Positions 57,273-64,000 of a DNA stretch of 64,000 bases are shown in pieces. A program made the translations under genes and the position numbers. Under the pieces are notes generated by a model that searched no databases, was not told the origin of the DNA, and saw nothing but the letters and a program-made list of their open reading frames with translations. Source of the DNA: Candidatus Adlerbacteria bacterium (GTDB taxonomy: Bacteria; Patescibacteriota; Minisyncoccia; Phycocordibacterales; SBAW01); assembly GCA_026397405.1 (NCBI GenBank), contig JAPLUW010000001.1, positions 43,138-107,137 on the forward strand, read 5' to 3'. The stretch's first letter is position 1, and the number at the start of each line of letters is the position of its first letter.

Positions 57273-57768
57273 GAGCCTCTCTCCGAAGGATGCAAAGGAG
57301 TTGTCGCAGCTGCAGACCTTGCTTGGTATATTTCTGGGGCTCTATTTTTTAGCGGGGCTTTCAACATTTTTCCTTTTTTCTTCAGCGCACGACAAAAGCT
57401 TCCCGCCTTTTTTTCACTGGTTTTTGTTTGCACTCGTTCCAAACGAACATTTCTCTACACAGTACACGGTGCAGCTAACTGCCTACCGAGGTAAAACATT
57501 CACTCCTCCAGAATTATTCGGCGAAGCAAATGATATCATTCCCGAAGCAACAGCAAACCGTGCACGTGACGGCATTCGACATTTAGGAAAAGCACTTGTG
57601 GCGGGCGACACTGCAAGGGCCGACGTAGTACGAGCAGAGCTCGAAGCTGCGTACTTTCCAAAAGATCTTTCCTGGCAAGTGGTTAAAATAACTTACGACC
57701 CCATAGAACGTTTTAAAACCGGCACACTTGAAAAAGTCGACGTGCTTGGTACCTACCACACTAAATGA
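57271..57768 (+). CDS. Hypothetical membrane-anchored protein (about 165 aa).
   Basis: ORF 57163..57768. Start placed at the ATG at 57271 to avoid overlapping the divergent gene. TM (LLGIFLGLYFLAGLSTFFLF). Confidence 0.4.
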   Translation: MSLSPKDAKELSQLQTLLGIFLGLYFLAGLSTFFLFSSAHDKSFPPFFHWFLFALVPNEHFSTQYTVQLTAYRGKTFTPPELFGEANDIIPEATANRARDGIRHLGKALVAGDTARADVVRAELEAAYFPKDLSWQVVKITYDPIERFKTGTLEKVDVLGTYHTK

Positions 57769-58724
57769 AATATATTTCTATATTGCTCGAATATATTTTT
57801 AAAGACTCGCCTCTGCGGCATCTAGAACGCTATGCGAACGACTCTAGTGTGTTTGTGTCAGCACGTACATTAGTGCAGATGTACTACTTTTTTTTGCTCT
57901 TTATTTCTGTTGCATTGTTTACCTGGGACACATCATTTGGCGCGCAGACCCAAATAGAAACGCCGTGGCCTATAGGCTGGATTCCTTTCGTCGGGTTTGT
58001 TGCAGCCTATACGTTTGTCCGCATATTTTTTATTGCCGCCAGTGTACTTGCCGCGTGGAAGCCCCACTGGCGCCCGGCGCGCATACTTTCGTTCGTAGCG
58101 CTGTTTGAATTTTGCGCGCTCTATATATCAATACTGCAGCTCGACGTAGATGGGTATGGCCTACTACTTACCTCACTCCTGTTTATTTTTTTACCGCTAG
58201 GATACGAAAAAATGGATGCACCTGTTGTTGTACGGATGAAATTTTTACTCGTTTTTTTTGCTGTTCAGGTGGAAAATTTACTTACCTATACCATGGGAGG
58301 CATCGGCAAACTCTATGGCGCGGCAGTGCAAATTGCAGCTGGGCAGTCGAACTTCTTTAGTCTCCATGCACCAGCACTCCAAATCGCCGACAGGCAGCTG
58401 CTCACCGGTGTACATACAGCGCTGGGGTCCTGGGCAGTAGAACATTACCTGCTTATATACCCGTGGTACCTCTTCACGCTCTACCTACTCCTCTTTTCCT
58501 TTTTTGTCGCATTCCGGCCAAAGTTGCATCGCACGTGGGGGCTGTTACTCATACTCTTCCATGTTGGTAATTACTTAGTGATAAACATTGGGTTTGTGTC
58601 GCATATATTTTTATGGTCACTACTATTACTCGCATCACCCTTTGCACCTACAAAAGTTTCTGTGAAAGAATTTCTCTGCAACCTGCCTGTTGTTGACGTA
58701 GTGTTTAAAAAAATATTGCGATGA
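57765..58724 (+). CDS. Polytopic integral membrane protein of unknown function.
   Basis: 319 aa with about 8 predicted TM helices. Overlaps its neighbours by 4 bp (ATGA) at both ends. Confidence 0.5.
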   Translation: MKYISILLEYIFKDSPLRHLERYANDSSVFVSARTLVQMYYFFLLFISVALFTWDTSFGAQTQIETPWPIGWIPFVGFVAAYTFVRIFFIAASVLAAWKPHWRPARILSFVALFEFCALYISILQLDVDGYGLLLTSLLFIFLPLGYEKMDAPVVVRMKFLLVFFAVQVENLLTYTMGGIGKLYGAAVQIAAGQSNFFSLHAPALQIADRQLLTGVHTALGSWAVEHYLLIYPWYLFTLYLLLFSFFVAFRPKLHRTWGLLLILFHVGNYLVINIGFVSHIFLWSLLLLASPFAPTKVSVKEFLCNLPVVDVVFKKILR

Positions 58725-59623
58725 CACGAACACACATTATTTTTATTTCTGGTGCAGTGTTCACCGTAGGTAGTGCATGCATACTATATTTTTTTCTGTT
58801 TTCAAACTCGTACACACTCCGCACTGTTCCTATACACGTACAAAATGTAGAACGCGAATATTTGCTGTATGCACCCACACACACAAACACGCCGCTCCCT
58901 GTTGTGCTGGTGTTCCACGGCGGCGGTGGCCCGCTTGGCTCTGCTGAACTCATGGCGCAGTATTCGGGCTGGAAGGAAAAAGCACAAAAAGAGGGCTTTA
59001 TTGTAGTGTTTACGCAAGGCACCTTAGAAAACCCCTCGAGGCCTCTGAACCTTACCTTGGGCGACCCTAATCGTAATATCCGCCTGTGGCATGTGGGCGA
59101 ACATATTCCACCTGTCACACACGATGATGTCGACGACGTTACCTATGTGCGCGCAATACTCGGCGATATAACTTTTAAATACAACGTTAATCGGGAACAC
59201 ATATTTGCCACTGGTTTTTCAAACGGCGCTACATTCGCCTACCGCCTCGGGAGTGAAATGTCGGACACGCTGGCAGCCATAGCTCCTGTCGCAGGGCTTT
59301 TATACAACTCCTTCCCTACACCACAAACCCCCGTATCCCTTCTTTCTATTGTTGGGACATCCGACCCAGTGCCCCCAGCAGAAACTCCGGGAGAACTAAT
59401 TCCTGTAATAGACCCCCCTACAGCATGGGCACACTTCGACCACTGTACTGAACCAGCCGGGCAAAAGGCTGAACTGGGAGTACGGACAGAAACTTTTACC
59501 TCATGTGCTAGTAGCACTGAAGTGCGCGATATATATATAACAGGGCTCGCGCACACATACCCTGCAGCCGCAACCGACCTAGCCTGGGACTTTTTTAAGA
59601 GCCATCCAAAAAAAGAAAACTAG
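58721..59623 (+). CDS. Secreted alpha/beta-hydrolase esterase of the PHB-depolymerase/LpqC-like family.
   Basis: N-terminal TM/signal. VVLVFHGGGG and nucleophile elbow GFSNGA (GxSxG). Confidence 0.68.
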   Translation: MTRTHIIFISGAVFTVGSACILYFFLFSNSYTLRTVPIHVQNVEREYLLYAPTHTNTPLPVVLVFHGGGGPLGSAELMAQYSGWKEKAQKEGFIVVFTQGTLENPSRPLNLTLGDPNRNIRLWHVGEHIPPVTHDDVDDVTYVRAILGDITFKYNVNREHIFATGFSNGATFAYRLGSEMSDTLAAIAPVAGLLYNSFPTPQTPVSLLSIVGTSDPVPPAETPGELIPVIDPPTAWAHFDHCTEPAGQKAELGVRTETFTSCASSTEVRDIYITGLAHTYPAAATDLAWDFFKSHPKKEN

Positions 59624-59631
59624 GAGGTTTC

Positions 59632-62600
59632 TTAGAGGGACGCGCTGTCGAGGGCAGCAGCGGTAGAGCTTATAGGTTCTATACCACGGGCAGGTGCTGC
59701 CTGGCCTGTAGTTGTAGTTTCAAGTTCATGCCCCTTATACGAACCGCCTTGGTCGGGGCGGACGTTTGGCCACTTCGCAGAGTCGTAGCGGTTTGCGATA
59801 AAGCGCGCTGACACTTCCCCTGGTTGCGAAGTAGAGATTATAACCGCTGCTTCGTTTGGTACTTTGGTGTAGAAGACGCTACCGTCAAACGACGCCGTAA
59901 GGTTAATAACCAAATTCTTCCAGTTCGTACCGAAGTCTGTCACTTGGTAGAAGAGCCAGAGGTCCGAGCCCTTGTCGAGGTCTTTAAATGATATTTTTGT
60001 TTCGTACTTGCCAGTCTTTGCGTTTTTATTTGTAACTTCAAGCACCTCAACAGCTTCTTCTTTAATACCCACAGTTGAGTGGCCGTAGGTTGCATATTTT
60101 AAGCCATCAATTGTGTACACAGGGTCGATAGTGCCGACGTCGAGTTTACCGGTGATTTTTATGTCACCCATAAAGGTCGATGTTGCCGTACCCATGCCGC
60201 TTACGCCCCCGGCACCGACAAAGAGCCTGTCGGATATAGAGAATTGGCGTGTTGGTGTTGTAGTACCTATACCAACACTCCCGTTTCGGTCGACGATAAA
60301 TACCTTTTGGTTCGACGATGTTGCAATTTGGAACAAGTCTTCCGAAGTGCTTTGTGACTCTATTGTCAGGCGATATTTTGGCGTGGTGGTACCGATACCG
60401 ATGTTTGTCTCGGCAATAATGTTGCCAGTGCCTGTTGGTGTACCAGTTGGGCATGCAACACCCGAACATACCCACAAGTTGCTGTCATACAGCGTAGCAT
60501 CTTGACCTTGTGGGGTAATGGTTAAGTCGCCCGTTGAGTTCGTCAAAAAGTCTGTGTAGCGGCTGGTGTCATAGGCAACTGTCATCTGCGCAGTCGACAC
60601 TGCAGACTGTATCGACATTGCACGTGACGGCGAAGTGCTACCAATACCCACGTTACCTGCAAATGTAGAAGCTGTGGTTGATGTTGCCGTAAAGAATCCT
60701 GCGAGCGCGCTCGTACCTAAGTCTGAGTTTCCATTTACTGAGAGTGTGCGCCATGGCGTGGTGGTGCCAACACCAACATTGCCGGTAGAACCAATAGTCA
60801 TCCACGTGTTGCTTGCGTTCATGTCAGTGAAGTAAAGTGGCGCGCCGTTACCCGAAGTTCCTTTCGTCGCAGATTGTATGTAGTTAATTCCACTCGTCGA
60901 AGTGAACTTCAAATATCCTTGAGCTGCTGAACTTACAGACATTGATCCGTTAACCGAAAAGGCTTGGTCGGGTGTCGTTGTGCCAACACCAACGTTGCCA
61001 CCACCTGGGTTAAGGTTTAAATAGCGGTATCCAGTGCCATTCTTAACTGCCTGTATCCAGCTGTAGTCGCCGTCGTGGACACCAAAGACGAGTTTTTCGT
61101 CCGTGAGCAAACCAGTACCGGTTGAAAGTTCAAAGTGTGTGCTGCGGTCGGTCGCAGCTTGCGAGGAACCTACAACTTCAAGTTTTGCTAGGGGGTTTGT
61201 AGTAACGATGCCGACACTTCCTCCGAATGAGGTAATTCCTGAACTGCTAAATGTGTTTGCCGCATTGAGCAGTGGCACGTTAGTGCTGAGTACATTGTCT
61301 GACAATGTGTGCGAGCCAGTGATGTTTGCAGCAGTGAGGTTGGTCAAGTTTGCACCAGAGACTGCACCGAAGGAGCCACTCCATGTACCTGAGGTGATAG
61401 TTCCAACTGTTGTGATGTCAGTACCAACCAACTTCGACGCAGCAATGGAACCTGCCAACATCGCGTTTGTGATAGATGTGTTTGCAATACCAAACGTTCC
61501 TCCAACGCCTCCTACCAAAGAACCAAGCGTGCCTGAGTATGTGAGTACGGAACCTATCGCCGGGGCTGTGGTGGCGACGTTGGCAAAGGTGTTTACGCCT
61601 GAGAAATATGGGATGTTACCAACAACTGCGGCCGTAGAGGTAGAAAGGCCTCCGAAGGAAATTGCTGGTGTTGTACCGCCAGACGAGATTACTGGCCAGG
61701 TGCCGGTGACGGAGGTGACACCACTAGTGCTTGGTGTCGTGGTAGCTATTATTTGTCCGCTTGCATTAACCGCAATAAATGTTCCTGCAGCCGTACCAAG
61801 TGGAGAAAGTGTTAGCGTTGATGTTGCAGTAATTGCTCCACCAAAGAATGCGGTACCTGAATGATATGAATTACCTTGGACAGAAAGCGCAGAGGTGGGA
61901 GTTGTAGTACCAATCCCCACACTACCTGCGCTTGTTGCAAAGTATGCATTCCCTGTCGAACCAATTTGAGTGGTTGATGCGTTTGCAAATATTGCAGTGC
62001 CAGTGAAAGTTGGTGAACCTGCAAGCGCTACAGCACCACTTCCAGTTGTGCCATTGGAGAGATCAGATGCTGCAAGCTGGCTCACAGTGATAGCACCACC
62101 GGATGATGACTGCCTGAGTACTTGTGAAGCACCGCCTGTTGCAGAAAGGTCTGCATTGGTGCCGCCGTATGCAAGACCAATTTTTGTTCCCTGCCATACA
62201 CCAGTGCCGATTGTTCCTACAGTTGCAATGTCACTACCAACCAATTTTGATGCAGCGATACTTCCCGCCAAGTCTGCGTTCACAATTGCACCTGTCAGTG
62301 ACAGTTTGCTGTAGGCAATCGAGCCTGCGAGCATCGCGTTGGTGACAGCGCTGTTTGCAATACCGAAGGTGCCACCCACCCCTCCTACAAGGCTGCCTAA
62401 TGTGCCTGAATAGGTCAAGACTGAGCCTATGGCAGGTGCCGAGGTCGCAACATTGGCAAAGGTGTTTACGCCTGAGTAGTACGGGATATTGCCCACGACT
62501 GCGGCTGTTGATGTGGAGAGGCCTCCAAATGATAAGGCAGGAGTGTTGCCGCCTGAAGAAATAATCGGCCAGGTGCCGGAGACGGAGGTGACAGCCGAGG

Positions 62601-64000
62601 TAAGGTACGTACTGGTATCAACTGACAACGTTCCATCACTGCTTGTTTTTACAAAACCAGCAGATGCCAAGTTAGAGAGTTTGCTGATGCTCTGTATGCT
62701 GTTTACGTTAAATGCATTACCTGTGTATGTAAGACCAGTGCCCGCTGTTGTTGTTGCACCTGATGAGACGAGGCCGCCGAAGACTGCGAGGGCTCCGTCT
62801 GAGAGCGATGGTAAGTGGAATGTTCCGCTAAATGTAGATGAGGCATTAGAGAAAATTCCTCCAGTCAAAAATCCTACAACTGATGTGGTGGAGACATATC
62901 CAGAATTTGTAGTAAATGGATATGCAAAACCAGATTTATTATTAAACGTAGACCAATCAGTTGACGTCAAAAGACCAGACAATGTTGCGCTTGCATTCTG
63001 GAACAACGACGACGTTGCAACTGCTGTCGGTGCTGCAGACCCAGAGGTATTGTTTGCAAGCACCGTGTTTGCAGCAATTGCTGGGAAGTCTGTGAGGGCA
63101 GCGGTGGAAACAACACCAGATGATGCTTTGAGAAGACCTGTCAGTGATGTTGCAAGTGTGGTCTGACCTTGAACTGTAAGTGTCGATGTTGCTGTTACTG
63201 CCCCACCGAAGAATGCGGTGCCAGACGTATATTGATTGCCTTGGATAGAAAGCCTACTTGTAGGCGTACTTGAGCCAACACCAACATTTCCCACAAAGGT
63301 GTTATTACCCGTATTACTAAAGGCGTTCGCAGCGTCCAGCAATGGCACATTTGTGCTCAACACCCCGTCTGGGAGGGTATGCGAACCGGTGACATTTGCA
63401 GCGGTGAGGTTGGTGAGGTTTGCACCCGATACTGTGCCAAAGGAGCCACTCCATGTACCCGAAGTTACTGTACCAACAGTAGTTATATCGGTTCCTACGA
63501 GTTTTGAAGCCGCGATACTTCCGGCCAAGTCAGCATTCAAAATAGCACCTGTCAGTGAGAGCTTGCTGTATGCAATACTGCCTGCCAAGTCTGCGTTCAA
63601 GATTGCCCCGGTCAACGCAAGTTTGCTGTAGGCAATTGAGCCTGCGAGCATTGCGTTGGTAATGGATGTGTTAGCGATGCCGAAGGTGCCTCCTACACCA
63701 CCCACGAGGCTTCCCAATGTGCCTGAGTATGTAAGTACCGAACCAATTGCCGGTGCAGACGTTGCAACGTTAGCAAAGGTGTTTAGGCCTGAGTAGTACG
63801 GGATGTTGCCGACAACTGCGGCTGTTGATGTGGAGAGGCCATTAAAGCCCACTGTGGCGCCTGTAAGCGTTATAGGCCAGGCCGCAGCGATTGTTGCTTG
63901 TTTGTTGTTAAACGTAGACCAGTCAGTACCGCTGAGGCAGCCTGCAACACCGGCCGAGGCAGCAGTACAACTTACGTTCCCGTTTGAAAATACCAGTGGC
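59632..64000 (-). CDS. Giant repetitive surface protein, tail-fibre/adhesin-like (over 1400 aa). It is 5'-partial: the reading frame stays open to the window end.
   Basis: Three ~300-aa tandem repeats (LSTSTAAVVGNIPYYSG...TNAMLAGSIAYSKL...) and multiple G(N/S)VG(I/V)GTTTP...(L/F)S(V/I)(Q/N)G motifs typical of phage tail-fibre-like proteins. The underlying DNA repeats have a ~900-bp period. Confidence 0.7.
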   Translation of the reverse strand, partial: PLVFSNGNVSCTAASAGVAGCLSGTDWSTFNNKQATIAAAWPITLTGATVGFNGLSTSTAAVVGNIPYYSGLNTFANVATSAPAIGSVLTYSGTLGSLVGGVGGTFGIANTSITNAMLAGSIAYSKLALTGAILNADLAGSIAYSKLSLTGAILNADLAGSIAASKLVGTDITTVGTVTSGTWSGSFGTVSGANLTNLTAANVTGSHTLPDGVLSTNVPLLDAANAFSNTGNNTFVGNVGVGSSTPTSRLSIQGNQYTSGTAFFGGAVTATSTLTVQGQTTLATSLTGLLKASSGVVSTAALTDFPAIAANTVLANNTSGSAAPTAVATSSLFQNASATLSGLLTSTDWSTFNNKSGFAYPFTTNSGYVSTTSVVGFLTGGIFSNASSTFSGTFHLPSLSDGALAVFGGLVSSGATTTAGTGLTYTGNAFNVNSIQSISKLSNLASAGFVKTSSDGTLSVDTSTYLTSAVTSVSGTWPIISSGGNTPALSFGGLSTSTAAVVGNIPYYSGVNTFANVATSAPAIGSVLTYSGTLGSLVGGVGGTFGIANSAVTNAMLAGSIAYSKLSLTGAIVNADLAGSIAASKLVGSDIATVGTIGTGVWQGTKIGLAYGGTNADLSATGGASQVLRQSSSGGAITVSQLAASDLSNGTTGSGAVALAGSPTFTGTAIFANASTTQIGSTGNAYFATSAGSVGIGTTTPTSALSVQGNSYHSGTAFFGGAITATSTLTLSPLGTAAGTFIAVNASGQIIATTTPSTSGVTSVTGTWPVISSGGTTPAISFGGLSTSTAAVVGNIPYFSGVNTFANVATTAPAIGSVLTYSGTLGSLVGGVGGTFGIANTSITNAMLAGSIAASKLVGTDITTVGTITSGTWSGSFGAVSGANLTNLTAANITGSHTLSDNVLSTNVPLLNAANTFSSSGITSFGGSVGIVTTNPLAKLEVVGSSQAATDRSTHFELSTGTGLLTDEKLVFGVHDGDYSWIQAVKNGTGYRYLNLNPGGGNVGVGTTTPDQAFSVNGSMSVSSAAQGYLKFTSTSGINYIQSATKGTSGNGAPLYFTDMNASNTWMTIGSTGNVGVGTTTPWRTLSVNGNSDLGTSALAGFFTATSTTASTFAGNVGIGSTSPSRAMSIQSAVSTAQMTVAYDTSRYTDFLTNSTGDLTITPQGQDATLYDSNLWVCSGVACPTGTPTGTGNIIAETNIGIGTTTPKYRLTIESQSTSEDLFQIATSSNQKVFIVDRNGSVGIGTTTPTRQFSISDRLFVGAGGVSGMGTATSTFMGDIKITGKLDVGTIDPVYTIDGLKYATYGHSTVGIKEEAVEVLEVTNKNAKTGKYETKISFKDLDKGSDLWLFYQVTDFGTNWKNLVINLTASFDGSVFYTKVPNEAAVIISTSQPGEVSARFIANRYDSAKWPNVRPDQGGSYKGHELETTTTGQAAPARGIEPISSTAAALDSASL

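Noticed and set aside
60113-63631. Multiple 100-250-aa plus-strand ORFs opposite the giant repeat protein
   Set aside because: Antisense translations of Gly/Thr/Ala-rich repeat DNA. Pro/Val-rich with no start context.
1-64000. CRISPR arrays, rRNA genes, transposases or integrases
   Set aside because: Searched for short regularly spaced direct repeats, 16S/23S-like conserved stretches, and DDE/tyrosine-recombinase motifs. None found. The only mobile-DNA hint is the tRNA-Thr 3'-end duplication.

Overview
Moderate-GC (about 50%) bacterial segment. Short housekeeping proteins (hinge-less 746-aa SMC, 248-aa PheS, 590-aa ThrRS, split transketolase) suggest a small, reduced genome, possibly Patescibacteria/CPR-like; that is inference only.

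The first ~38 kb is a dense housekeeping backbone: rnr, smc, rnc, nusB-NUDIX fusion, rpmF, rnhB, an M50 protease, dnaE, T-box-regulated thrS, gyrB, pheST, a GT2 synthase, tRNA-Thr, tsf-rpsB, prfA, rpmE, rplY, and a glycolysis/pentose-phosphate block (fba, pfkB-type kinase, tktN/tktC, rpe, rpiB, gap). Interspersed are a sortase locus with LPxTG-like substrates and three single-gene GC-rich (57-65% GC) insertions encoding secreted or unknown proteins.

The last ~26 kb (38.8-64 kb) is a cell-surface accessory region. The main candidate for a novel system is a seven-member expansion of a Cys-rich, membrane-anchored family with invariant C-x-H and C-x-HG-x-GH motifs; two members carry an N-terminal degenerate cupredoxin-like domain. 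Also here: a triplicated secreted gene with identical 3' cassettes and translationally coupled ATGAGAAATAA junctions, a PaaK-like adenylating enzyme, a possible Wzy-like TPR membrane protein, a PHB-depolymerase-type esterase, and a >1400-aa tail-fibre-like repeat protein that runs off the window.

No CRISPR array, rRNA or transposase was recognised.
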